A stretch of 30,719 nucleotides of DNA from a virus (taxonomy: Duplodnaviria; Caudoviricetes), in the IMG/VR virus record IMGVR_UViG_3300020044_001178, positions 1 to 30,719 of that record; one strand, 5' to 3'. This document shows positions 1 through 8,731 of the stretch, piece after piece. How positions within the stretch are numbered: position 1 is the stretch's first letter; every line of letters begins with the position of its first letter. The position numbers were made by a program, and so were the translations under genes. The notes under the pieces are model-generated. The model was not told the DNA's origin, did not search any database, and saw nothing but the letters and a program-made list of their open reading frames with translations.

Positions 1-2
1 CA

Positions 3-191
3 TTTAACGCCATGAAGGCAAAGGGTTTGTACGTTGGGGCAGAAAATAAGCGCATGTCCAAGGGCATGAAAGTCAACACGGTGCCGGTGCAGTCGCTAAT
101 CTTCGACGCTAATCACCCTGACTTCAGCGGCATTACCGACTTGTTCAACAATGCAATCACGGCTGTGAAGCCGGACGCCGACGAAGAGTGA
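3..191 (+). CDS. 3' end of a gene entering from the left; resembles the C-terminus of phage DUF927-type primase/helicase proteins
   Basis: Hand translation of frame 3: FNAMKAKGLYVGAENKRMSKGMKVNTVPVQSLIFDANHPDF...ADEE*. TGA at 189-191 overlaps the next GTG (GTGA). Family assignment rests only on recall of the KRMSKGMK-like tail. Confidence 0.55.
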   Translation, partial: FNAMKAKGLYVGAENKRMSKGMKVNTVPVQSLIFDANHPDFSGITDLFNNAITAVKPDADEE

Positions 192-388
192 AGGTAGCTG
201 GGGTCAGCTACGATATAAACTGGCGCGCCTTTACTAAGGGCGCGTCACTGTTCTTCCCATGCCTAGACCCCAAAGCTGCAAAGAAAGAAATACGCCCTGT
301 GCTACGTAGGCTGAAGCTAAAAGTAGTGTATCGGAGCGTAATAGACCCTAAATCTGGTATTAGGGGTTTACGTATCTGGAGAATGTGA
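188..388 (+). CDS. small basic conserved phage protein, possibly DNA-binding
   Basis: 66-aa ORF coupled by a GTGA overlap; INW...G.S.F.PCLD...G.RIWR pattern; ends just before the hairpin pair. Confidence 0.7.
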   Translation: MKVAGVSYDINWRAFTKGASLFFPCLDPKAAKKEIRPVLRRLKLKVVYRSVIDPKSGIRGLRIWRM

Positions 389-395
389 CTATACA
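367..395 (+). promoter_or_regulatory. putative sigma70-type promoter for the candidate sRNA
   Basis: TTTACG (367-372), 17-nt spacer, TATACA (390-395, preceded by C as in alphaproteobacterial CTATA -10 elements). Predicted start near 401-402 coincides with the first hairpin. Confidence 0.45.
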
Positions 396-400
396 TGACA

Positions 401-469
401 CCGGAAGACGCTCCTTCCGTTTGGTTGATACTACCCCCGCTGGCGCTCCTCCCCGGCGGGGGTTTTTTA
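401..469 (+). ncRNA. candidate two-hairpin small RNA with CGCUCCU (anti-SD-like) loops; cuckoo/alpha-r14-like
   Basis: Hairpin 1: CGGAAG(402-407)/CTTCCG(414-419). Hairpin 2: ACCCCCGCTGG(433-443)/CCGGCGGGGGT(453-463) with loop CGCTCCTCC. Both contain CGCTCCT. Upstream promoter-like site and downstream T-tract. Confidence 0.5.
433..469 (+). terminator. Rho-independent terminator at the convergence of the two transcription units
   Basis: 11-bp GC-rich stem (one G-U pair) followed by TTTTTA; the T-tract overlaps the stop codon of the convergent 2185-aa gene. Confidence 0.8.
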
Positions 470-3400
470 TTCTACCACTGGTTTTCTACTCTCGTAGGGG
501 AAGAAGTATTCTTCCTCACCGTCGTTATACTCGACGCCACGATAGGACTTTTCTTCCAAGTTTTCTGCGCTCTGCAGTGACCGCTCTAGGTCTTTACCTT
601 CGATTAGATATGTGCCTAGAGGTGTGCCGTCCCTACCCAACGCCACCTTGGGGTTAAACTTGCGCATCTTCTCAAACGCTGCTTCCAGCCCTTCCCTAGC
701 CCCGTCTCCGTAAACCGAGCGGAACTCTTGGAACAACTCGCCGCGCTCTTTCTTCATGCTGCGCTGCCACTGGTTAGTAGTCCGGTTAATTTCACGCACA
801 CGTGATAGTTCGTCTGGAGTGAAGCCCAGCACCTGACCAACCAACTCTCCAGTAGTAAACTCACCAGCACCGCGTGTGATCTTGCCGGTCTTAGTGGTAT
901 CGCCTTCACGTGCCTGACGCTCTGCGGTGACGGCACCGCGCACAGCTGCCGGTACAATCTTAGAGAAGCCCTTAGACCACTCGCCCCGTGCGAAGTCGTC
1001 AACACCGTCAATCATGTTGGCGCTCTGCGATACCTGCGGTGCAAGGTTAGCAACGAGGAAATTCACTACGTCGTCCCGTGTGCTCTCGCCTTCCCTGCCT
1101 TCACGTAACCATAGGCTACTCTGACTTAAGCGTGTACTCCAGTCCCACCCGGTTAGTTCCGACAGTAAGCCCTTCTGCATAACCCTAACAGCTGTGGAGT
1201 CCGCACCAAAGTTCTCGGGTAACCACTGGAACCGGAACCTATAGTCTGCATCGTCTGCGCCAAGCGGGTCTTTCTTGCGCCACTCTTCCATCTCATCTTC
1301 ACCCAGCAGTGCTGGGAGCATGAGGTCGAGCATACCGGTTATGAAAGAGTAACCGAAGTTAGCAGATAAGCCCGCCGCTGCCGATGTGAAGACAAGCACC
1401 ATGGATAACTCGTTGAACGCCTGTAACTTAGTCTGCGTCGGGTCATTTTTAGTCAGTGCCCCCAGCATGCGGAAATAATACGCAGTGCGCTGCACCGAGT
1501 AGGTACGCAGGAAGCCAATCATACGCCGCAATGGACCACCACGGAATACATCGAGTTTTTCTAGCTCCGTGTAGTTACCGATAGTCTCGTTGGTGTTATT
1601 AACTGCGGCCTCAACAGCACCCTCGATGGCAGCTTCATGCGACTTACCAGCTTTAATCAGGCGGTTATACTCGAGCTCAGCAAACGACATGCCAGAGACT
1701 TCACGTGTAATTTGGTCAGCCGAACTGAATATCGCACCAGACTTATCTACGAGCGTTTCATAGGCACCGCTTAGCTTCTGTAGCCCTGTGTCCCGCGCCG
1801 TGCTCTTAGTCGGCCTATCGCGTAGGAGCATATCGGTCTGCTTCTGCGAAAACAAATCCCGTTTCAGGTTGAGTTCGTCCCACAGCCGTGCACGTAATGG
1901 GTTGCTTTTGATGAACGTCGTGTTCCCTATGGTCGGCGCTACTAACCTCCGCGCACCAGTAACTGGGTCTATGTCTACCGATGCTTCCACCAAGCTGAAT
2001 ACTGGGGTGTACTTACCCACTGCAGCGAGGGTGGGGCCAAACCCATAACGGGCAAACATGCGGGGCATAACCTGAAACGGTAGCGTGAGCGGCTGCACCG
2101 CAGCAGACGCTATGGACGTCATAAGCGATAAGAACGTGAAGCTGCTTATGAACTGCTCTATAGGTCCATATGCCTCGCTATCGGCAGTAGCACGGACACG
2201 AGAAACAAACGCATCTACTTGGGCCGTTATCTTGGCACGTTCCGCAGGGTCCATCTCAGTGCTGATGCTGTCATACGCAGCTTCAATTTGTTTCTGTATT
2301 TGTCCACCATACACCACTTTAGGTAGCTGGGCTGAATACTGCGCTACAGATGTACGGAATACGTTCAAGACGTCCGCAGACTGTCCGGGTACTAACTTAG
2401 CATGGATGAGCTGCTTCTGCAGGCTACGCTCTGGTAGTGTAAGCAAGTATGTCTGATACAGCTTATTCTTCAGGCTTTCGGTTGCTATGGTGCCACCACC
2501 TGTCTCGTTCGTAGCTTCGGCTTTCGCTTTGTCTATGACGTCAAACATACGCTTTAGCATGAAGCCTTCGTTGTTCGCTACATCATCACGTAAGTTTTCT
2601 AGGCCGTCTATACGTTTGAAAGTGCTATTATACGCACTGCTGCCGCGCTGCAGCCCCAGCTTCTTTGCTACTTGCAATTCGAATAAGTTACGCTCTCTCA
2701 TCGTGTCAAAGTGATAACGCTCACGCTCAGTGCGCTTACCTTCCTTTACGATAAGCGCATATTTACCGAAGCGGCGGAAAGGGAAATATTCTTTGGGGAA
2801 CAGCTTCTGCGGCACTCCGGGGTTATCGTCGTCCTTATCCGTAACCGTATCTTCGTCCATGTCGCCACGCGCTTCGCGTATAAGCTTATCGGTAGCTTCT
2901 TTGCTTAGCCCTAGGTTACGGATGTCTTGGTCCTGCGCTGCGCGCAGTGCAGTGTGCATATCTTTGTAGAACTGACGGACCTTTTTGTAGAGGGCATGCC
3001 CACCCGGCTGCTTACCTAGTGCTTCCCATGCGTCCCATGCGGTGTTTACTGCTTTCTCGCGCTTACGTATGCCCTTGATGTTGTTGCGGGTTTTTTCGAA
3101 CCGTATAACAGGGTCGTTAGCCAAGGCTTCAGCACGGGTATCATATGCAGTTACGTCAACGCGGTTCACACGGGCAATGGTCATCATGCTAGCCATAGCA
3201 CCCTGACCGTTCTTATTTACAAAGTCTTCAAACTCCGCAACGCGCCGAGATAGCGCAGTGCGCATGGAGGTGCGCATACCGCGCATATTCTGCTCTAGCT
3301 TGTCAATGCCGTTAATTATGGAGCCCAAGCCGGGAAGCTTTTTGGTTATGTTCTCACGTATCCATGAGGTAGGTTGGAACGGTAGAATTACAGAGCCTTT

Positions 3401-6400
3401 ACCCGCATCAAGTGCTTCAAACGTCGCACGACGTTTTTCTTTACCTGTAAGTTTTGCACCTGCAACAGCTTCGTCAATGCCTTCAAGAAGGCCGGTGGCA
3501 GTGTTGGACATCTGGGCCTTGTATAACCCACGGTCCATCTTCTCTTCAGCGCGGTTTACACCCTCACTGGCAGGGCTTGTTGACTTCGCCTTTGCACCTG
3601 CAACAGCTTTATAGTCGGCCTTGGTAGCTTCAAACAGCGGGTTTACGATTTCAATAAGTCGGTTAAGGGCAGATGTGTCGCCATCGGGTATATCTAGCAA
3701 TGCTTTAAACATGGCTATAAACCGCGTGAACAGCGTATCCTTCGGCCCAACTTTAATACTGCGTAGGTACTCTTGTGCCTTATCGTTGGTCATACCCCAC
3801 GCTAAGAACTCATCGAGGTCGGCAAAGACATTGCTGTCACGGTTGTACCACGACGTTTCTAACTCTGTAAGTTCGGCCCCAGATTTTACTCGTTGGTTGA
3901 AGTGGTCTACGACTGCGTTCCGCAGGTCGCGCAGGTCACCAACAAACTTCGATATTTTAGGTGTATTGCGGCCCAGCTTCTCCGCCACGATAAGCGAAGA
4001 AGACACAGCATGCAGTGCTTCATGCAAAACAACCTCTGAGGTATTTCCTGCACGGTTCTCGCCCAACTGCGAAGAACGTAGATATACATCTACTGTCTTC
4101 TTATTGAGGCTAACAGAAACTGCTCCGTAGGCACTACCGGTAGCCACACTAGTTGGTGCACGGTCGCCCTTCTGGATGATATGCAGTTTAACATTTAGCC
4201 CAGCAGCTTCAACTTGGGGCAGCAGGTTTGCGATACGCCCAGCTAGATACGTATCATACTCACTGAACTTATTGTCCGCGTTCCTAAATATTTCTTCTAG
4301 GAGGTCAGAAAGGGTGCTACCACGGTACTTATCAATGTCCATAGTGGCACCACCCATGAGGCCACCGGGTTCAACACGGGATATGTTTAGCTCACCAAGT
4401 TGTACACGACGCTCACGCTCGGTTATCTTACCAGATTTAAAGTCTTCTTCAACCTTCTGACGACCTGCTACACGTGAAGTCCGTGCCGCATCGAGCTTGG
4501 CGCGGGCGTTATTTACAATGTCCGTTTGCGCTGCGTTAAGATTGGTCTTTAACTCGTCTAGTACAGCTTGTGCAGCGGGCCTAGCTTTGTCTCTAGTAGG
4601 CAAGTCGTATACAAGCTGCTGCTGAAGTTCTACTTTGTCGCTCAGGTCCAATACTTTACGCCACTGTGGACGTATATCTTCGGGTTTATCACGCAACTGC
4701 AACCGGTTTTCTGGCGCACGCATATAGTCTACTACTTCACGCATCTCGGCGTTGGTAATCTCTTGGTTATCAAGTGCTGCTTGCAGGTCGGTGTTTAATG
4801 CCCCCTGTGCCCGCATACCATCGGTTAGCTCGGCAGCGCCCTCTACGGGACGGCCTTTCTTATTACCTTGTTTACCGCGCTGTACGGGTTTGGTACCGCT
4901 AGCCGCTGCAGCAGCTACCTTTTGTATTTCCAACCCTCTTGCTACCGCTTCGTCTACTGTTTCCTTAAACGGTACAGGCCCCCGTACAGGTTCCTGTACA
5001 GCAACTTGCATAGGTTCTGGCACGGTTTCAGCCTGCGCAAACTGAGGTTCTTTAAACTCAGGGGCAGGAACATCGACGAAAGCGGGGGCAGCTTCGGGGG
5101 CGGTAGCAACATCTTCTACACTTGGCGCGACCGGTTCGGGTGCTGGTGCGGCTTCAACAGGATTAGGAGTTACACCGCTGGCTGTCAGCGCACGGGTAAC
5201 GATTTGCACAGGGTCAAAAGTTTGCTGGTTGGCAGCAAGTCGGGCTATCTGGTTAGCTGCTGTACTTACTAACTTAGTTGGAACCTTTACGTCCGCCATG
5301 CCCGGGATAGACTCGATAATGTTAAACACGATTGGTTTAGCAGCCGCAACACGAGCGGCCATATTCGGTGCTTCATATACCGAAGCTAGCGGCGCAGGGG
5401 CAGTTTCTACAGTAGGTGCAGGGGCAATTTCTATAGTAGGTGCAGGGGCAATTTCTATAGTAGGTGCAGGGGCAATTTCTATAGTAGGTGCAGGGGCAAT
5501 TCCTGCAGGAGGTGCGACATTAGGTGCGGTAGGCGCAGCGGCGGTAGGCGCAGCGGCAGTAGGCGCGCGTGAAGCAAACTCTGTCTCAACCGCATCTATA
5601 TTGTTTGTTACGTACTGCTGTAGTTCAAGGTCAAACGGAGAGTCACCGCGACCTGCACCTGCTAGATACAGGTCTACTACGGACTTAGGTGTAAACTCTT
5701 CGGATGGTATGGGGGTGAAAGTAGGTGCAGCTTCCTCTACGGCTGGAACAACCGCTTCAATGGGTGCAGCTTCTTCAGCTTCTTCGGCTACGCCTGCTTC
5801 TAAGTCCGCTTCTTCAACTTCTTCGGTCACACCTGCTTCACGAGCCTGCTGCGCACGCTCCGCCTTCTTACGTTCAGCTATTGTGCTAAGTGCGTACCGC
5901 TTTGCTTCTTCCTCAGGTATACCACTACTAACAGACAGACGCGTAACCAGTTCATCAAACTCGGCTTGGTCTTCGGGGGTTGTAATAACCTGCGCTGCCG
6001 CAGAGTCCAGCATCTCTGTAGGTATGTTGTTTAAGGGTGTAGCTTCTATATCGGCTGGTTTGAGTTCTGTGTCAGGACGCCTGCTCTCCAGACCGCCACT
6101 AACTGCACCGAAGCCGCCGCCTAGAAGCGCAGCGCCAATAGCGGCTTGTTTATATTCGCCCAGTGCTTCGTCATCAGACAAAGACAAGCCAGCCTGCCAC
6201 CGCTCCAGACTAGTCTGTGCTATTTCCTGCGGTATTTCAAACGCGACACCTTTTCCAGTGCCCACCGCTACACCCTTAGTGAAGCTAACAGTGCCCTTCT
6301 CAAAGGCATCAGCCAGCACGTCACCAGTGTTCTGTGCAGCTTTCTCTCCAGCTTCCCCTAAGAGAGGTTTAGCAAACGGGAATAGTTTAGCGATACCTTT

Positions 6401-7024
6401 GAATACCGGTCCAGCAGCTACGTCTAAACCGGTCTGACCTGCAGCGGCAGTGAGTGCTTTAGTTACGGACGTTTCTTCCGGTGCTTTACCTTCGGCAATA
6501 GCTCGCTCTTGCTCTTGCGCCTGACGCAGTAAGTTATTGATGGTGTTTTGTGCGCCTGAAGTAGCAGTCGCTGCGGCGAGACCCGCGATTGGAGTCCCCA
6601 CAAAACTAGTACCAAACCCTGCAGCAAGAGGTGCAAGCGCTTCGCCTAGAGAGCCACCAAGAGCCTGTTTAAAAGCTACCCAGTTGGCACCTTCACCGAA
6701 CTCAACACCGGTACGCCCGGAGTCACCTGCGGCTACTAGCTTCTTACGGTTTTGCTCTGTGGGGTTTGCTGCAAACGCAGCTGCTTCATCAGCCAGTCCA
6801 AACTTCGTAGCACCCTCTATTAGAGTACTCCAGAAGCCAGCTTCTTTATCCACGTCGCTCCAGCTGTTGGGGTCAGCAGGGTCTTTACCTACAAAACGAA
6901 AACCATCCTCTACCGCCCCTTTCTTAGGGGGTAGGCGTTTCCAGTTGTTTGGGTCAGCAGGGCTACCGCCCGTAAACCGAAACCCATTGTCTACAGTGCC
7001 GACTTTCGGGGTGGGTGGTGGCAT
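467..7024 (-). CDS. very large internal virion/DNA-ejection (polyvalent-type) protein with HExxH metallopeptidase motif and PLxRFG-like motif
   Basis: 2185 aa; last gene of the virion operon; GAGGT SD; VVLHEALHAV (HEALH at 4010-4024) with downstream DEFLAW; YFPFRRFGKY (~2765-2783); Ala/Pro/Glu-rich linker; Gly/Ala-rich hydrophobic N-terminal region. Confidence 0.8.
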   Translation of the reverse strand: MPPPTPKVGTVDNGFRFTGGSPADPNNWKRLPPKKGAVEDGFRFVGKDPADPNSWSDVDKEAGFWSTLIEGATKFGLADEAAAFAANPTEQNRKKLVAAGDSGRTGVEFGEGANWVAFKQALGGSLGEALAPLAAGFGTSFVGTPIAGLAAATATSGAQNTINNLLRQAQEQERAIAEGKAPEETSVTKALTAAAGQTGLDVAAGPVFKGIAKLFPFAKPLLGEAGEKAAQNTGDVLADAFEKGTVSFTKGVAVGTGKGVAFEIPQEIAQTSLERWQAGLSLSDDEALGEYKQAAIGAALLGGGFGAVSGGLESRRPDTELKPADIEATPLNNIPTEMLDSAAAQVITTPEDQAEFDELVTRLSVSSGIPEEEAKRYALSTIAERKKAERAQQAREAGVTEEVEEADLEAGVAEEAEEAAPIEAVVPAVEEAAPTFTPIPSEEFTPKSVVDLYLAGAGRGDSPFDLELQQYVTNNIDAVETEFASRAPTAAAPTAAAPTAPNVAPPAGIAPAPTIEIAPAPTIEIAPAPTIEIAPAPTVETAPAPLASVYEAPNMAARVAAAKPIVFNIIESIPGMADVKVPTKLVSTAANQIARLAANQQTFDPVQIVTRALTASGVTPNPVEAAPAPEPVAPSVEDVATAPEAAPAFVDVPAPEFKEPQFAQAETVPEPMQVAVQEPVRGPVPFKETVDEAVARGLEIQKVAAAAASGTKPVQRGKQGNKKGRPVEGAAELTDGMRAQGALNTDLQAALDNQEITNAEMREVVDYMRAPENRLQLRDKPEDIRPQWRKVLDLSDKVELQQQLVYDLPTRDKARPAAQAVLDELKTNLNAAQTDIVNNARAKLDAARTSRVAGRQKVEEDFKSGKITERERRVQLGELNISRVEPGGLMGGATMDIDKYRGSTLSDLLEEIFRNADNKFSEYDTYLAGRIANLLPQVEAAGLNVKLHIIQKGDRAPTSVATGSAYGAVSVSLNKKTVDVYLRSSQLGENRAGNTSEVVLHEALHAVSSSLIVAEKLGRNTPKISKFVGDLRDLRNAVVDHFNQRVKSGAELTELETSWYNRDSNVFADLDEFLAWGMTNDKAQEYLRSIKVGPKDTLFTRFIAMFKALLDIPDGDTSALNRLIEIVNPLFEATKADYKAVAGAKAKSTSPASEGVNRAEEKMDRGLYKAQMSNTATGLLEGIDEAVAGAKLTGKEKRRATFEALDAGKGSVILPFQPTSWIRENITKKLPGLGSIINGIDKLEQNMRGMRTSMRTALSRRVAEFEDFVNKNGQGAMASMMTIARVNRVDVTAYDTRAEALANDPVIRFEKTRNNIKGIRKREKAVNTAWDAWEALGKQPGGHALYKKVRQFYKDMHTALRAAQDQDIRNLGLSKEATDKLIREARGDMDEDTVTDKDDDNPGVPQKLFPKEYFPFRRFGKYALIVKEGKRTERERYHFDTMRERNLFELQVAKKLGLQRGSSAYNSTFKRIDGLENLRDDVANNEGFMLKRMFDVIDKAKAEATNETGGGTIATESLKNKLYQTYLLTLPERSLQKQLIHAKLVPGQSADVLNVFRTSVAQYSAQLPKVVYGGQIQKQIEAAYDSISTEMDPAERAKITAQVDAFVSRVRATADSEAYGPIEQFISSFTFLSLMTSIASAAVQPLTLPFQVMPRMFARYGFGPTLAAVGKYTPVFSLVEASVDIDPVTGARRLVAPTIGNTTFIKSNPLRARLWDELNLKRDLFSQKQTDMLLRDRPTKSTARDTGLQKLSGAYETLVDKSGAIFSSADQITREVSGMSFAELEYNRLIKAGKSHEAAIEGAVEAAVNNTNETIGNYTELEKLDVFRGGPLRRMIGFLRTYSVQRTAYYFRMLGALTKNDPTQTKLQAFNELSMVLVFTSAAAGLSANFGYSFITGMLDLMLPALLGEDEMEEWRKKDPLGADDADYRFRFQWLPENFGADSTAVRVMQKGLLSELTGWDWSTRLSQSSLWLREGREGESTRDDVVNFLVANLAPQVSQSANMIDGVDDFARGEWSKGFSKIVPAAVRGAVTAERQAREGDTTKTGKITRGAGEFTTGELVGQVLGFTPDELSRVREINRTTNQWQRSMKKERGELFQEFRSVYGDGAREGLEAAFEKMRKFNPKVALGRDGTPLGTYLIEGKDLERSLQSAENLEEKSYRGVEYNDGEEEYFFPYESRKPVVE
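5394..5501. repeat. 24-nt coding tandem repeat, about 4.5 copies (IAPAPTIE)
   Basis: GCAGGGGCAATTTCTATAGTAGGT exact x3, plus one variant copy and a partial copy. Confidence 0.95.
5526..5566. repeat. 15-nt coding tandem repeat, about 2.7 copies (APTAA)
   Basis: GCGGTAGGCGCAGCG x2 plus a partial variant. Confidence 0.85.
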
Positions 7025-7041
7025 TATATATAACCTCGGAG

Positions 7042-8730
7042 TTATTGGTATCTAAACGCTGGGTTCTGCTTTTCTTTAGGTTTAAGCGCCTCGTCGAACG
7101 GCTTAGGCCCTTCGCTGTCCCCCGATTTATATCTAGCTGCAAGATATTCAGTAGCAGCCTCTTTAAGCGGTCCGCCCTTGAGGAACATCTGGAATACCAT
7201 CTGGTCAACGTCAATACCTTGATTTTTAGCAGCTTCGATACGCATGTTAAGCTCGTCACGACGTAGTTTAAGCTCTTCTTGTTTTACCTTAACCTCTGCC
7301 TTGCGGTTCTCAATACCCTCGTTAAGTGCAGCCACCCTGCCGGTGAGGTCAACACCCATCTGCATGACTTCCATCTTCTCTTTACGGCTGAGGTTTGCCA
7401 GCTGGGTACGTTCACGCTGCATCTCACGGATGCGCGCTTTATCCGCTGCTAAGCTTTCTGCAATATCTCCAGCACCAGCACCGAGAGTTTCAGCCAGACC
7501 ACCTAGTAAGGTGGGGCTCTTTGAGGCCCCAAGGCGCTTTGCAAGCTTACCTAGGCCTTCGAAAAACGCGTCTTTTTGCCCCCGTGCTTGGCTCTCAGGA
7601 GAGAGTTGTTCTTTTAGGCTTTCACGGTGTTCAATCTGCTCAGCAGACTCCTCTGGCATCATGCCAGTGAGCATGTCGATATTACCTTGTAGGTTCGTAG
7701 GTAGGCCATAGAGAGTATTAGACTTCTGCGCAGAACCTGCTAGTTCTTTGCTATTTTTAAACCTACCCGAAGCAACTTGCGGTGCAATGTTCTTAAAGAA
7801 CTCCATCGGGTCCATACGGTTACCTTCTGCGTCACGGGCACCAAAGTGCAGGTGATGACCTCCGTTTTTACCGCGTACACGACCGGTATTACCCGATAGA
7901 CCTATAACTTCACCCGGACCTACTTCCTGTCCCGGTGCGACGGCAATTTCCGATAGGTGGGAATACGACGAGCGCGTACCATCAGGGTGTTCTACAATCA
8001 CAAAATTACCGTTAATATTATCAGTGGAGGCAGTAACCACTTTACCCGGCGCTGGACTTCCAATCGGGGTTTTATTACCCACCCCAAAATCCGTTCCTTT
8101 ATGCGTACTCGCGCCGCGTTTTACTCCATATGGAGAAGTAACCGCAGACCGCATCCAATCCGTGGGACTAGCAGTGCCACCACCGGAAAACGCAACCATA
8201 CCACCACCTGCGTAGCCGTCGCCGTCGTCAAAGCCACCATTACGGGGCTCATCAAACATTGTGTCGGGTATAGGTAGCTCAGAAAGGCCACCACCTGCGG
8301 CGTAAGGAGGCACCATGCCGCCTTCAGCCATCATCGGCATTTCACCTTGTGGCGGAGCCATTTCCTGTGGTGGCGGAGCCATTTCTTGTGGGGGCGGAGC
8401 CATTTCTTGTGGTGGAGGCGCACCTTGTGGCGGAGGCGCACCCATAGGCGGCATAGCACTCTGCATTTGTGCAGCTTCTGGTGTAGCACCAAGACCGGCG
8501 GGTGGTTGTTGTGGCGCTGGAGGAGCAAAGACTTGCTGTGCTACCGTCTGTTGGGGAGCGCCTTCTTGCATCGCAGCGGAGCGCATACGGTCAATAAACA
8601 TACCCGCCAAGGTGCCAGCGGTAGGGTCAAGAATACCCATCTGCATAGCTTCAGCAATTTTCTGCTTGTTGCCTGCATAGTCCTTAGCAATTTGCTCCGG
8701 GGACTGTATGGTGAACGGTTTAGTTTCCAC
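7042..8730 (-). CDS. probable ejection protein with M23-family peptidoglycan endopeptidase domain
   Basis: HKGTDF (HxxxD), YSHLS, IGLSGNTG and HLHF motifs; Pro/Gln-rich N-terminal ~180 aa; coiled-coil C-terminus; lies just upstream of the giant gene. Confidence 0.88.
   Translation of the reverse strand: METKPFTIQSPEQIAKDYAGNKQKIAEAMQMGILDPTAGTLAGMFIDRMRSAAMQEGAPQQTVAQQVFAPPAPQQPPAGLGATPEAAQMQSAMPPMGAPPPQGAPPPQEMAPPPQEMAPPPQEMAPPQGEMPMMAEGGMVPPYAAGGGLSELPIPDTMFDEPRNGGFDDGDGYAGGGMVAFSGGGTASPTDWMRSAVTSPYGVKRGASTHKGTDFGVGNKTPIGSPAPGKVVTASTDNINGNFVIVEHPDGTRSSYSHLSEIAVAPGQEVGPGEVIGLSGNTGRVRGKNGGHHLHFGARDAEGNRMDPMEFFKNIAPQVASGRFKNSKELAGSAQKSNTLYGLPTNLQGNIDMLTGMMPEESAEQIEHRESLKEQLSPESQARGQKDAFFEGLGKLAKRLGASKSPTLLGGLAETLGAGAGDIAESLAADKARIREMQRERTQLANLSRKEKMEVMQMGVDLTGRVAALNEGIENRKAEVKVKQEELKLRRDELNMRIEAAKNQGIDVDQMVFQMFLKGGPLKEAATEYLAARYKSGDSEGPKPFDEALKPKEKQNPAFRYQ
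8348..8442. repeat. 21-nt coding repeats (PPPQEMA x3, flanked by PPPQG variants)
   Basis: TGTGG(C/T/G)GGCGGAGCCATTTC-like unit repeated; the protein reads APPPQEMAPPPQEMAPPPQEMAPPQG. Confidence 0.85.
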
Positions 8731-8731
8731 G

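Noticed and set aside
385-657. Plus-strand ORFs 385..657 and 395..580
   Set aside because: They cross the terminator and overlap the giant gene in antisense; the region is better explained as structured RNA.
5229-6437. 402-aa plus-strand ORF, and similar plus-strand ORFs such as 17457-18578, 16038-16724 and 6537-7055
   Set aside because: Antisense shadows of well-supported minus-strand genes with biased codon use; no recognisable motifs.
7030-7045. Small hairpin covering the SD of the giant gene
   Set aside because: Only a 5-6 bp AT-rich stem; too weak to support without a folding calculation or conservation data.
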